Part shown: piece after piece, positions 22,102-32,176 of the stretch | Position numbering within the stretch: the stretch's first letter is position 1 | How the letters are laid out: the number at the start of each line of letters is the position of its first letter | Assembly: GCA_031269545.1 (NCBI GenBank) | Contig: JAISYZ010000027.1 | Span: 2,367 to 66,366 of the forward strand | Direction: 5' to 3' | Length of the DNA stretch: 64,000 bases | Source of the DNA: Prevotellaceae bacterium | GTDB taxonomy: Bacteria > Bacteroidota > Bacteroidia > Bacteroidales > UBA932 | Translations under genes and position numbers: made by a program | Notes under the pieces: generated by a model | Database searches by the model: none | Seen by the model: the letters and a program-made list of their open reading frames with translations, nothing else | What the model was told of the DNA's origin: nothing

Positions 22102-24345
22102 ATGAAAAATATAAAATATATCTTTATAATATTATTGCTTTTTGCGCTGTACGGTCAAAAAGCGCAGGCGCAAAAAAGCATAACAGGAAAAATATTTACC
22201 ATCGACGGCAAAGGAAACAAGAATCCGCTTGGTTTTGCTGCTGTTGTTTGGGAAAATACAAATACAGGAGTTTCTGCCGACGAAAATGGACGTTTCGTTA
22301 TCAAAAGAAATAATGATGAAACGACGAATCTTATAGCTTCGTTTATAGGTTACACGAGCGACACGCTTGCAGTCGTACCCGAAGCCGAAGAAGTAGAATT
22401 TGTTTTGTACGAAGTAACTCAATTGCTCAACGAATCAACTGTTGTAGCACGGCAAAAAGGCAGTTACATTTCAAAATTATCGCCTGTAATGACAGAAGTT
22501 ATTACTCAGGCAGGACTTTCAAAATTGGCTTGCTGCAATCTTGCCGAAAGTTTTGAAAATTCGGCGAGTGTTTCGGTTGGTTACAGCGATGCGGTTTCAG
22601 GAGCGCGTCAAATTCGTATGCTCGGTCTTGCGGGAACTTATGTTCAAATGCTTGATGAAAACATTCCGACTTTGCGCGGAATTGCTTCGACTTACGGATT
22701 AAGTTTTACTCCCGGTCAATGGCTCGAAAGCATTCAGGTGTCAAAAGGAACATCGTCGGTGCTGAACGGATACGAAGCCATAACGGGACAGATAAACGTT
22801 GAACATCGCAAGCCCGACAACAGCGAGCCTCTGTTTGTAAATTTGTACGGCGATGATGATGTCAGATTTGAAGCAAACGTTACATCGGCTTTGAAACTGA
22901 ATGATAAATTAAGCACAGTAATATTTGCTCACGGCGCTACGGATGCAAAAGCCCACGACGAAAACAATGATGGATTTATCGATTCGCCGAAAAGGAAACA
23001 GATAAATGTCGGAAATCGCTGGTTATATTCGGCTGATAAGGTGATTATGCATTTCGGCTACCGTTTTCTGACAGAAAGTCGCGAAAGCGGACAAATGCAC
23101 GCCGACATGCCAAATGCCTATATATCGAACATCAACAACAAACATTTTAATGCTTACGCAAAAATAGGTTTGCCTTTCAACGAAAGCGGCTCTCGCAGTT
23201 TGGCTCTCATCGCAAGTTATGCATATCACAGGCAAAATTCTTATTTCGGCAAAAAAATATACAATGCTCAACAAAATTCATTTATATCAAATATTTTGTG
23301 GCAATCGGCGTTCGACAAAGCCGAAAAACATCGCTATACGGCAGGAGCGACTTTTGCATACGATAATTACAGAGAACTGTTTGCCGACAGCAAATTTGCA
23401 AACTCGTGGACTGGCGACAGAACTGAAACCGTAAGCGGAGCATTTGCACAATATACGCTTAAACCAGACGAAAAATTCGATTTGCTTGCAGGTCTGCGTA
23501 TTGACAGAAACAATATGTACAAAGAAACGCTTGTAACTCCGCGAATGCACCTGCGGTATAATTTTGCCAAAAATTCGACAGTTCGTGCTTCGGCAGGACG
23601 CGGACTGTATTCGCCAAACGTGATTTCATCGAATATCGGAATACTTGCAACAGGCAGAAAAATTATAGTTGACGAAAATATAAAAATGGAAAAAGCATGG
23701 ACCTTGGGCGCAAGTTTTACTCAAAACTTCAAAGTCGGCGAAAACCAGAGCGGATATGTAAGCTTCGATTATTTTCATACCGATTTTCAAAATCAGACCA
23801 TTGTAGATGTAGAAGAAAGCGATGAATTTATTCGCATAAGCAATCTTAACGGAAAATCGTATTCAAACAGTTATCAGGCAGATTTCAGCATCGATCCGTT
23901 TATGCGATTCAATATTTTTGCAACGTTTCGTTACAATCAAACAAAAGTAAATATGAGTCGCGGCTTGGTTGAAAAACCTTTGGTTGACAGATTTAAAGCC
24001 CTTGTAAACCTGTCGTATTCAACAAAATTTGAAAAATGGCGATTTGATTTTACAGCGCAACTCAATGGCGGCAGCCGTTTACCTTTTTATGCCGCTCAAA
24101 CGTGGAATAAAGAACGTTCAAAATCTTATCCTTTGTTTTTTGCACAGATAACTAAGAAATATAAAAATCTCGACATTTATTTAGGTTGCGAAAATATTGG
24201 AAATTATATACAAAAACAGGCTATAATAAATGCTCAAAATCCTTTTGATGATAAATTTGATGCATCCGTAATCTATGCTCCATTGATGGGACGTAAAATA
24301 TATCTGGGAATACGATTTAAACTAAACAGAACAGGCGACATCTAA
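22102..24345 (+). CDS. TonB-dependent receptor with N-terminal carboxypeptidase-regulatory-like domain
   Basis: 747 aa; signal peptide, CarbopepD_reg-like ITGKIF...ADENGRFVI, plug region (ACCNLAESFENSASV), long beta-barrel. Confidence 0.9.
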   Translation: MKNIKYIFIILLLFALYGQKAQAQKSITGKIFTIDGKGNKNPLGFAAVVWENTNTGVSADENGRFVIKRNNDETTNLIASFIGYTSDTLAVVPEAEEVEFVLYEVTQLLNESTVVARQKGSYISKLSPVMTEVITQAGLSKLACCNLAESFENSASVSVGYSDAVSGARQIRMLGLAGTYVQMLDENIPTLRGIASTYGLSFTPGQWLESIQVSKGTSSVLNGYEAITGQINVEHRKPDNSEPLFVNLYGDDDVRFEANVTSALKLNDKLSTVIFAHGATDAKAHDENNDGFIDSPKRKQINVGNRWLYSADKVIMHFGYRFLTESRESGQMHADMPNAYISNINNKHFNAYAKIGLPFNESGSRSLALIASYAYHRQNSYFGKKIYNAQQNSFISNILWQSAFDKAEKHRYTAGATFAYDNYRELFADSKFANSWTGDRTETVSGAFAQYTLKPDEKFDLLAGLRIDRNNMYKETLVTPRMHLRYNFAKNSTVRASAGRGLYSPNVISSNIGILATGRKIIVDENIKMEKAWTLGASFTQNFKVGENQSGYVSFDYFHTDFQNQTIVDVEESDEFIRISNLNGKSYSNSYQADFSIDPFMRFNIFATFRYNQTKVNMSRGLVEKPLVDRFKALVNLSYSTKFEKWRFDFTAQLNGGSRLPFYAAQTWNKERSKSYPLFFAQITKKYKNLDIYLGCENIGNYIQKQAIINAQNPFDDKFDASVIYAPLMGRKIYLGIRFKLNRTGDI

Positions 24346-24385
24346 TAAAAATAAAATATTTAATTACATAATTAATAAACAATTT

Positions 24386-24703
24386 ATGAAAAAAATCTTA
24401 ATTATTGCGTTATCATTATTAACGCTGACTTTTGCGACAAACGCGCAGGACAAAAAAAACAGCAAAATTTCGGAAGTTAAACTTGCCGTATCGAACATGC
24501 ATGGCGATCATTGCAAGCAACGTATCGAAAAAAATATTCCTTTCGAAAAGGGAATAAAAGACGTAGAGGTAAATATCAAAGACAATACGGTTATCGTGAA
24601 ATACGACAACACAAAAACTGATGTTGAAAAAATCAGAGAATCGTTCAAAAAGTTGGGATATCCTACGGAAGTATCAGGCAGCGCAGACGAGAAAAAACAG
24701 TAA
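24386..24703 (+). CDS. Secreted heavy-metal-associated (HMA)-like domain protein, copy 1
   Basis: 105 aa; signal peptide plus ferredoxin-like HMA fold pattern; metal loop is MHGDHC rather than the canonical MxCxxC. Confidence 0.8.
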   Translation: MKKILIIALSLLTLTFATNAQDKKNSKISEVKLAVSNMHGDHCKQRIEKNIPFEKGIKDVEVNIKDNTVIVKYDNTKTDVEKIRESFKKLGYPTEVSGSADEKKQ

Positions 24704-24735
24704 GGCACTGATATTTAATATTAAGGAGTAAATTT

Positions 24736-25062
24736 ATGAAAAAAATCTTAATTATTGCGTTATCATTATTAACGCTGACTTTTGCGACAAACGCGCAGAA
24801 CAAAAAAAACAGTAAAATTTCGGAAGTTAAACTTGCCGTATCGAACATGAACGATGATCATTGTAAACAACTTATCGAAAAAAATATTCCTTTCGAAAAG
24901 GGAATAAAAGACGTAGAGGTAAATATCAAAGACAATACGGTTATCGTGAAATACGACAACACAAAAACAGATGTTGAAAAAATCAGAGAATCGTTCAAAA
25001 AGTTGGGATATCCTACGGAAGTATCAGGCAGCGCCGATGAGAAAAAAGAAGTGAAACAGTGA
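24736..25062 (+). CDS. Secreted heavy-metal-associated (HMA)-like domain protein, copy 2 (tandem duplicate)
   Basis: 108 aa; about 96 percent nt identity to copy 1 by hand alignment; metal loop MNDDHC. Confidence 0.8.
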   Translation: MKKILIIALSLLTLTFATNAQNKKNSKISEVKLAVSNMNDDHCKQLIEKNIPFEKGIKDVEVNIKDNTVIVKYDNTKTDVEKIRESFKKLGYPTEVSGSADEKKEVKQ

Positions 25063-25090
25063 TTGAATGTTTCGTAAAAATGGTTTTAAA

Positions 25091-25137
25091 CAATAAACCT
25101 TGACAGTTCAAATTCTGTTGGGGTTTATTGTATTTTT
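25091..25137 (+). terminator. Rho-independent terminator after the HMA genes
   Basis: CAATAAACC...GGTTTATTG stem followed by TATTTTTG. Confidence 0.55.
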
Positions 25138-25138
25138 G

Positions 25139-25228
25139 CTAACAAACTGCATCGAAATGCAATTTGTATAAATTGATTACCAATAAAATAGATTATATTT
25201 CAGGTTGTTTTGACACCGTTTTGGTATA
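25139..25228 (+). repeat. 90-nt intergenic hairpin element, copy B
   Basis: Aligns end to end with copies at 12261, 60031 and 61218. Confidence 0.8.
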
Positions 25229-25277
25229 ATGTCTTTAATTTTTTGTCATGTACTTAAATCTTTAATATACAATTGTA

Positions 25278-25907
25278 TCACCTCTGAATATAAATTATTT
25301 GTTTGGTTTTGAAAAAAGAATCAACAAAAAAATCTTTTATTTCGTAAATGGCAATTTGCCGTTTTGAGATTTTTGTCGCTTTCAATTCAGCGTTTAAATT
25401 GCCGCCTTTCAGATAAATAATACCGTTTGGCAAAGCGTTGTCGCCGTTGGGACTTATTTTATTCCATACCCACGAAACAAAAGTCGGCAAATCGGTAACG
25501 GCTCGGCTTACGACAAAATCAAATTTTTGCTTCAATTCTTCGGCGCGAATCCGTATTGCACAAACATTTTTCAGTTGCAAATTTTCGACAACAGCATTTA
25601 CGACTTTCATTTTTTTATTCACCGAATCGACCAGTGTAAACTCTGCATCGGGAAACATTATGGCAAGCGGAATTCCCGGAAAGCCGCCGCCTGTGCCGAC
25701 ATCAAGAATTTTTGTGTTTGCGCCGAACGAAATTATCTTTGCAATTGCAAGCGAATGTAAAATGTGGTGTTTATAAATATTTTCTATATCTTTGCGCGAT
25801 ACGACATTTATCTGTGCGTTCCAAAATCTGTACATATCGCCGAGTTGCGATAATTGTGCCATCTGATTTTCGGTTAATTTCGGGAAGTATTTTAAAATTT
25901 CGTTCAT
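25278..25907 (-). CDS. rsmG: 16S rRNA (guanine527-N7)-methyltransferase
   Basis: GidB family; SAM-binding ILDVGTGGGFPGIPLAI; ATG at 25907. Confidence 0.9.
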   Translation of the reverse strand: MNEILKYFPKLTENQMAQLSQLGDMYRFWNAQINVVSRKDIENIYKHHILHSLAIAKIISFGANTKILDVGTGGGFPGIPLAIMFPDAEFTLVDSVNKKMKVVNAVVENLQLKNVCAIRIRAEELKQKFDFVVSRAVTDLPTFVSWVWNKISPNGDNALPNGIIYLKGGNLNAELKATKISKRQIAIYEIKDFFVDSFFKTKQIIYIQR

Positions 25908-25917
25908 TATTTTGTTT

Positions 25918-26493
25918 TTATTGTGCAATCAATTTTCCAAGCGCCGATTTTGCCCGATGCAGCAAGGTTTTCACAGTTCCGATAGGAATATTTAATTCGG
26001 CGGCAATTTCTTCGTAAGAATAATCTTTAAAATAACGCAGTTCGATAAGTTTTTTGTATTTCGGTTTAAGTTGTTCGAGTAAACTCTGCATCAGTATGAT
26101 TTGCTGTTCGCGAATCATAACTTCTTCGGGATTCAAAACGGACGACTGAATCGAATCTTCGCCAATTACAAATTCCATATCATCATCGTTACTGGTTTCG
26201 ATGGTAATATGATTGTTTTTGCGTTTACGTAAAAAATCGATGCCTGTATTTTCGGCTATACGAAACAGCCATGTGCTAAACGCAAATTTGAAATTATACT
26301 GTTCGATATTCCTAAGCGCCTTATCAAATGTTTCGTATGTCAAATCTTCTGTATCGCTTTTATTTATAACCATTTTAAGTATCAAAAAATATATAGCGTC
26401 TTTATATCTGGTAAATAATTTTGCATAGGCTTTTGTATTACCATTTAAAACCTGTTTAACCAATTTTTGATCTTCTTCTATTCGTTGCAGCAT
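25918..26493 (-). CDS. ECF-type RNA polymerase sigma-70 factor
   Basis: 191 aa; region 2 (TWLFRIAENTGIDFLRKRK) and region 4 HTH (YSYEEIAAELNIPIGTVKTLLHRAK). Confidence 0.87.
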   Translation of the reverse strand: MLQRIEEDQKLVKQVLNGNTKAYAKLFTRYKDAIYFLILKMVINKSDTEDLTYETFDKALRNIEQYNFKFAFSTWLFRIAENTGIDFLRKRKNNHITIETSNDDDMEFVIGEDSIQSSVLNPEEVMIREQQIILMQSLLEQLKPKYKKLIELRYFKDYSYEEIAAELNIPIGTVKTLLHRAKSALGKLIAQ

Positions 26494-26564
26494 TTTGAAT
26501 TTATTTTAATCGTTAATACTGATTTTGTAAACGCACTGAATTTATTTTTTGCAGAACATTAAAC

Positions 26565-27953
26565 TTATTGTGCAAATTCCAAACCATTTAATTTATTCCA
26601 TCCGCCGCGGGTAAAATCAGGAATTTCGACAGGAGCGGAATTATTGTCCAAAGATATTTCCGTTAAGGGAATCAAACAGCACCATTCGGCAAGATCATAC
26701 ACATCCATATCTAAGGGAAGTCCTTTTTGCAGACAGTAAATCAGACGATAATCCATAATAAAATCCATGCCTCCGTGTCCGCCTACTTTTTTTGCCATTT
26801 CTTCTATATCTTTTGCTATAGGATGTTTATATTTTTCCATCAGGACGTCTTTTACATCTTTCGGAACAAACCGATGGGCATTAAGATTTTCGTAATTGTT
26901 TGCTATCTCGGCGTCTATTGCATCCGACTCAAGCGCATAACCTGCAACAGGATATTTATTTGCAAATCCTTTTGTTCCTGTCAATTGATACATGCGACTG
27001 TAAGGACGCGGAGATGTTACGTTGTGTTCTATCAATATTGATTTTCCTTTTTCGGTACGGATAAGAGTCGTTGTATGATCTCCATTGCGAAAATCGGTTA
27101 CTTCGATGCCTCTTTTTTCTTTGATAAATGCAGGATTACCGATGGCTTTTGTATCAACGGAAACAAGGTAATTTAACTTGTCGCCGCGATGTATGTTCAT
27201 TGCCTGACAAACAGGTCCCAAACCGTGTGTGGGATAAACATCTCCTCTGTGTTCCTGATTGAATTTCATGCGCCAGTCGTTCCAATATAAATCCCAATAT
27301 GGCTGCAAACCGTGAATATATGCGCCTTCTCCATGAATAATTTCGCCTAACAAGCCTTGCTGTACCATGTTCAAAGTAGTTAGTTCAAAAAAGTCGTACA
27401 CACAATTTTCGAGTTGCATGCAATGTTTTCGTGTTTGTTCCGAAGTATTAATCAACGCCCATATTTCGTCCATATTCGTGGCTGCCGGCACTTCAATAGC
27501 AACATGTTTGCCATCTTTCATTGCCTGCACTCCAATTACGGCATGATGCACCCAGTCGGTAGCAACATAAACAAGATCAACATTCGGAAGTGCAGTTATT
27601 TTGCGCCATACGGCAGTATCGCCGAAAAATTCCAGCGCTTTTGCAAATCCTTTTGCTTCCAATTGTTCGTTTGCTTTTTTTACATTCTTTTCAAGAACAT
27701 CACAAAGAGCAACAATTTCAACACCTTCAATATTTATCATACGATTTACAGCATCGTATCCGCGCATTCCCAATCCGATGAATGCAATTCTGACAACAGG
27801 AAGAGCTTCTGTTCTTAATTGCAGCACATCCGTTTGCCCATCATGACGAGATGGAGCATCGGTTTTTATAACTCTGTCATGCAATTGAGATGAAGAAGTG
27901 CAGGCAGTTATCATAATAATCGATACAAGTAAAAAAAATATTGTTTTTTTCAT
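26565..27953 (-). CDS. Gfo/Idh/MocA-family NAD-dependent glycosidase (GH109-like), lipoprotein
   Basis: 462 aa; lipoprotein signal (IIMITAC), Rossmann RIAFIGLGMRG, overall GH109 alpha-N-acetylgalactosaminidase-like architecture. Confidence 0.75.
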   Translation of the reverse strand: MKKTIFFLLVSIIMITACTSSSQLHDRVIKTDAPSRHDGQTDVLQLRTEALPVVRIAFIGLGMRGYDAVNRMINIEGVEIVALCDVLEKNVKKANEQLEAKGFAKALEFFGDTAVWRKITALPNVDLVYVATDWVHHAVIGVQAMKDGKHVAIEVPAATNMDEIWALINTSEQTRKHCMQLENCVYDFFELTTLNMVQQGLLGEIIHGEGAYIHGLQPYWDLYWNDWRMKFNQEHRGDVYPTHGLGPVCQAMNIHRGDKLNYLVSVDTKAIGNPAFIKEKRGIEVTDFRNGDHTTTLIRTEKGKSILIEHNVTSPRPYSRMYQLTGTKGFANKYPVAGYALESDAIDAEIANNYENLNAHRFVPKDVKDVLMEKYKHPIAKDIEEMAKKVGGHGGMDFIMDYRLIYCLQKGLPLDMDVYDLAEWCCLIPLTEISLDNNSAPVEIPDFTRGGWNKLNGLEFAQ

Positions 27954-28519
27954 TTTATTTGTGTTTAGAAACAGTTAAATTGAAATTTATTAATACGCAT
28001 AAATCCGTCAATCAGTTGAAATTTATTTTGTATATTTGTTATCTGTCAAATAAATAATTACAAAAATGAACAAAACAAATCATCATGCCAAATTAACCGA
28101 AGAACAATACAAAATTACAGAAAATATTTTAGAAGACAAAACATTTAAAAACTGTTTACATTTTATTTATGAATAATTTTATTGAGCATAATACCATTGT
28201 TCGGCGTAGCAGCACAAAAAAACAAAGGGCGAAGATTTTTCGCCCTTACGTTATTATACTTCGTTCGGTATAATTTTGTGAGTTTTTTACATATAATTTA
28301 CGATTTTGCGAAAACAGTTGACAATTAATAATTAAGAGAGCGTCATTCCTCGCTGCGAAGCATGAAGCAATCCAGAAGCGAAGCGAAGTTCAACAATTTA
28401 ATCCGGAATATCGACAACATACAAATTTATACATCATGCGGCATCAATTGTAAACAGCCAATATTGTTACATTTATGTTAAATCTTCGATAAATAAGCGG
28501 CATTTTTGAAAACTCAACT

Positions 28520-28527
28520 TATATTTG
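28520..28527 (+). promoter_or_regulatory. Candidate -7 promoter box (TATATTTG) for the two-component operon
   Basis: TAnnTTTG match 22 nt upstream of the ATG at 28549. Confidence 0.45.
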
Positions 28528-28548
28528 CAATAATTTTATTTTATCGAA

Positions 28549-29235
28549 ATGAAAAAAAATAATATTCTTGTTGTTGACGATGAAGAATCATTATGCGAAA
28601 TTCTTCAATTCAACCTCGAAATCGAAGGTTACAATGTAGATGTGGCATATAGCGCCGAACAGGCATTTCAAATGAATCTTGAAAAATATTCATTAATCAT
28701 TCTCGACATAATGATGGGTCCGATGAGCGGTCTGAAAATGGCGCAAATTGTTAAAAACAACGAGCAAACGGCAAATATTCCGATAATTTTTTGTACGGCA
28801 AAAGAAAGTGAAGATGACACGGTAACGGGTTTGAATATCGGCGCTGATGATTATATCGTGAAACCGTTTTCGATACGCGAAGTTGTTGCTCGCGTTAAAA
28901 GCGTCCTGCGCCGAACCGAAGCGCAGAATCAGACATCCGAAGATAAAGAAATTCGTTACGAAACGCTTTGTATTGATGTCGAAAAAAAGTGTTGCACGCT
29001 GGATGACAATGACATCAAACTGACAAAAAAAGAATTGGAAATTCTTACTCTTTTTCTGAAAAATATAGGAAAAATATTTTCGCGCGAAGAGATTCTAAAA
29101 CGAGTATGGGACGATCAGGTGATTGTACTCGACAGAACCATAGATGTAAATATAACTCGCCTGCGCAAAAAAACGGGACAGTACGGCAAATTTATCATAA
29201 CACGAATAGGTTATGGCTACGGGTTTAAAGACTAA
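28549..29235 (+). CDS. OmpR/PhoB-family response regulator
   Basis: Receiver domain (ILVVDDE, LDIMMG) plus winged-helix output (RVWDDQV...DRTIDVNITRLRKK). Confidence 0.92.
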   Translation: MKKNNILVVDDEESLCEILQFNLEIEGYNVDVAYSAEQAFQMNLEKYSLIILDIMMGPMSGLKMAQIVKNNEQTANIPIIFCTAKESEDDTVTGLNIGADDYIVKPFSIREVVARVKSVLRRTEAQNQTSEDKEIRYETLCIDVEKKCCTLDDNDIKLTKKELEILTLFLKNIGKIFSREEILKRVWDDQVIVLDRTIDVNITRLRKKTGQYGKFIITRIGYGYGFKD

Positions 29236-30658
29236 ATTATCGTTGCACAAACGATTGCTGATACTTCTGCTTTTGTCGCTCTGCTTCTTTTTGGTGTGTT
29301 TCTTTATTTTTCAATATCATCGCGAAAAGATATTCAAAGCCGAACAGTTAAATTATAAACTGCAACTTTTCAATACACAACTTGGAAATGTCGTATCCGA
29401 CAAAAATTCGATAGCCTTGCTTGTCGAAGAAAAACAAAAATCGGAATTTGAAAATTTACGTGTAACAATTGTTGATTCGCTTGGCAATGTCGTTTTCGAC
29501 ACCGAACAAAATAAATTTTCTTTTGCCAACCATTCAAATCGCCCCGAAATAAAAAACGCATTGAAAAACGGAACAGCCTATACAATCCGCCGACACTCGG
29601 AAACAACAAATAACGACTATTTTTATTCGTCGAAAAGAATAAACGGACATATCGTACGTTCTGCCATTCCATACAATTTGTCGCTTGTTGAACTGTTGAA
29701 AGTCGATAAGGATTTTTTATGGTTTATGATTATCGTTGCAACCGTCATTGGCATTATAATATATGCATTTACTCAACAACTTGGACAAAATATCAAACAA
29801 CTTCGACAGTTTGCCCTGCGTGCCGAAAGAGGCGAAATTATTGACGAAAACGAAAATTTCAATAATGATGAATTAGGCGAAATATCACGTTTTATCGTGC
29901 AGATTTATTCGCGCCTGCAACAGACAAAGATTGATTTGGATAAAGAAAAACAGGAAATTCTGATTTACGAAAGCGAAAAAAATCGAATTAAACGACAACT
30001 TACGCAAAACATAAATCACGAACTCAAAACGCCCGTAAGCAGTATTCACGGATATTTGGAAACGATTCTGCGTAATTCCGACATTTCAAAAGAGCAAATG
30101 CTTGATTTTATTAAGAAAAGTTACAGTCAAACCAATCGACTTTCGCAGTTGCTCAAAGATGTTGCAACCCTTACGCGAATTGACGAAGCAAATACCGTAA
30201 TCGAAAAACAAAGCGTAGATATTAGCGAAATAATAGCAGAAATAATAAATGATGTTGCGCTGCTGCCCGCCGACAAACGCATGCGAATAACAACAAATAT
30301 CAACAAGCCTGCTATTGTGCATGGCAATCCGACTTTGTTACATTCGATATTCGGCAATCTCACCGATAATGCCATAACACATTCGGGCGGACGCGATATT
30401 TTTATAAACATAATAAACGAAACCGAAAAAGATTATCTGTTTTCGTTTGCCGACAACGGAATTGGAGTAGAGCCAAAACATTTGTCGCGAATTTTCGAGC
30501 GGTTTTACAGAATTGACAAAGGTCGCAGCCGCAAACTTGGAGGCACGGGATTAGGATTGTCAATAGTGAAAAATGCAATAATTTTTCACGGAGGCATAAT
30601 CACAGCAAAAACAAGTGAAAGCGGCGGACTTGAATTTGTTTTTAATATTAAGAAATAA
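29213..30658 (+). CDS. Sensor histidine kinase
   Basis: Two TM segments, H-box NHELKTPVSSIHGYLE, N/G boxes (DNAITHS, DNGIGV, GGTGLGLSIV); overlaps the regulator gene by 23 nt. Confidence 0.92.
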   Translation: MATGLKTKLSLHKRLLILLLLSLCFFLVCFFIFQYHREKIFKAEQLNYKLQLFNTQLGNVVSDKNSIALLVEEKQKSEFENLRVTIVDSLGNVVFDTEQNKFSFANHSNRPEIKNALKNGTAYTIRRHSETTNNDYFYSSKRINGHIVRSAIPYNLSLVELLKVDKDFLWFMIIVATVIGIIIYAFTQQLGQNIKQLRQFALRAERGEIIDENENFNNDELGEISRFIVQIYSRLQQTKIDLDKEKQEILIYESEKNRIKRQLTQNINHELKTPVSSIHGYLETILRNSDISKEQMLDFIKKSYSQTNRLSQLLKDVATLTRIDEANTVIEKQSVDISEIIAEIINDVALLPADKRMRITTNINKPAIVHGNPTLLHSIFGNLTDNAITHSGGRDIFINIINETEKDYLFSFADNGIGVEPKHLSRIFERFYRIDKGRSRKLGGTGLGLSIVKNAIIFHGGIITAKTSESGGLEFVFNIKK

Positions 30659-30676
30659 ACATATTTCACAAATTTA

Positions 30677-31651
30677 TCAATTTCCAAAATATTCCAATTC
30701 TTCCGTCAAATTCAAAAACGGATATTTTGCTTGCAGTTGCTTGGTTTTTTCAAAACAGGTTTTCAGAAATTGTCGATGTTCGGCGCTGTCGGGATTAAAT
30801 GCTTTGTGCGATTTTGCATCTGAGATTTTTTTTATTTCTTCAATTATTTTCAGCGATTCGCCGCAGATTGCAGCATTCAAAAATTTTTGCCAAATATAAT
30901 CAACAGCAAGGTTTGAAGGATGCAGCATGTCGTCGGCATAAAAGCGATAATCGCGCAGTTCGTCCATCATTATTTCGTAAGATGGAAAATATTGACATTG
31001 TTTGTTATTGTTGCAAATTTGATCAACAGCAATCAACAAACGAGATTTGCTCAATTGATTTTCGTGAGCGCCATCGCCTAAATGCCTCACAGGACTTACA
31101 GTGAAAATAAAATTTGCAGCGCTGTTTACAGTGCGAATATTTTGTATTGATGTATTAATAATGTTTACAATTTCATCAACCGTTAAATTGATTTTTTCAA
31201 ATTCGCAAGACGGAATTTTATGACAGTTTGCAACAATTTTATTATGTTTTTTGTATTTGTAGGCAATCGCCGAACCAAAGGTTATTATTATGTTTTTTGC
31301 ATTTTTCAAATATTCCGAACCTTGTCGGTTTGCCAGATTCATTCTGTCTAAAGCAAATTGCATGTTGGCAAACGAAAACGAAGTGTGATAGCAGAAATTA
31401 TAATACAGTCCGTTGTGTTGCAGCAATTCATTTTCGGTAATTTTTGCGTTTGCAATCAACAGTTCCACACTGTTTGCAATTGAAAAAGGATTATAAATAA
31501 CGCCAAACGGATTTATGCAAACATCAAATTTTGCATCGTTCAAACGTTCTCCGATGTTATTTGCAAAACACGAACCAAGCAGTAAAATTTTGTTTGTGTG
31601 GCTTAGTTTTTCACTAAAAGGTTTTATTTCGATTTCTGTTTGTAATTTCAT
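30677..31651 (-). CDS. GSCFA-family protein
   Basis: 324 aa with the eponymous motif (LLLGSCFANNIG) near the N terminus. Confidence 0.8.
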   Translation of the reverse strand: MKLQTEIEIKPFSEKLSHTNKILLLGSCFANNIGERLNDAKFDVCINPFGVIYNPFSIANSVELLIANAKITENELLQHNGLYYNFCYHTSFSFANMQFALDRMNLANRQGSEYLKNAKNIIITFGSAIAYKYKKHNKIVANCHKIPSCEFEKINLTVDEIVNIINTSIQNIRTVNSAANFIFTVSPVRHLGDGAHENQLSKSRLLIAVDQICNNNKQCQYFPSYEIMMDELRDYRFYADDMLHPSNLAVDYIWQKFLNAAICGESLKIIEEIKKISDAKSHKAFNPDSAEHRQFLKTCFEKTKQLQAKYPFLNLTEELEYFGN

Positions 31652-31984
31652 TTTTTTCGTTTTTTTGACAACGCTAATATACTACATTTTAGAAAAATAT
31701 GAATAATATGTATTATATTTTTCACACAAATAACATATTGAACAATTAATGATTAATATTTCGGTCGGGATAGAAAAGAAAAAAAACTTTGCGCTGCATA
31801 AATTAACAAAAATGCTGTCGCCTGCATGATTTTTTGTGTCGGCAACAGCAAATTTGCAGTATTAAAGCAGAAAAATGGACTAAATTAGAGGAAAATTACA
31901 CTATTGTTGTTAAAATACAGTAAAATTGCTCAAAAATAGAGGAAATTGTACTAAGGGATGCCAAAGTAACAAGATATAACGGTT

Positions 31985-32113
31985 TTTTTGATGTCCCGCG
32001 AGGGACTTTAGCATTCTCCAACTTAACAGGTTTCCGAAACCTGTTAGGTTGAAAACTTCTTGCAAAATGCTTGTTTTAATTTTTATGTCTGAAAATTTTC
32101 CTTTTTGAGGACT
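31985..32113 (+). repeat. Partial (right-hand) copy of the MITE-like element seen at 43004-43269
   Basis: ATGTCCCGCGAGGGAC and TTAATTTTTATGTCTGAAAATTTTCCTTTTTGAGGACTGA align to 43176-43269. Confidence 0.5.
32020..32050 (-). terminator. Palindromic AACNTNACAGGTTT hairpin, likely terminator of the 32177-32731 gene
   Basis: 14-bp arms with one G-T wobble and a 4-nt loop; 127 nt 3' of the minus-strand stop. Confidence 0.45.
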
Positions 32114-32176
32114 GATTTTATATAAATCGTAAGGTTAAATAATCTGTGAAAGTAAATTATAAATTCAGAATTACAT

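Noticed and set aside
24386-25062. Regular 350-bp repeat that could be mistaken for a repeat array
   Set aside because: It is a two-copy tandem gene duplication with intact ORFs and signal peptides. It has neither CRISPR-like short repeats nor spacers. No CRISPR array was seen anywhere in the window.
28066-28176. 36-aa ORF (MNKTNHHAKLTEEQYKITENILEDKTFKNCLHFIYE) with a TATATTTG box 28 nt upstream; possible remnant of an IS-family transposase N terminus
   Set aside because: The KLTEEQ..I resemblance to IS5-type N termini is too short to support. No inverted repeats or further transposase frame follow. I leave it unannotated.
28225-28247. Hairpin AAGGGCGAA-gattt-TTCGCCCTT with a T-run on the minus strand
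   Set aside because: It is terminator-like, but no minus-strand gene lies upstream of it. It may belong to a repeat or an unannotated small transcript. Evidence is insufficient to call.
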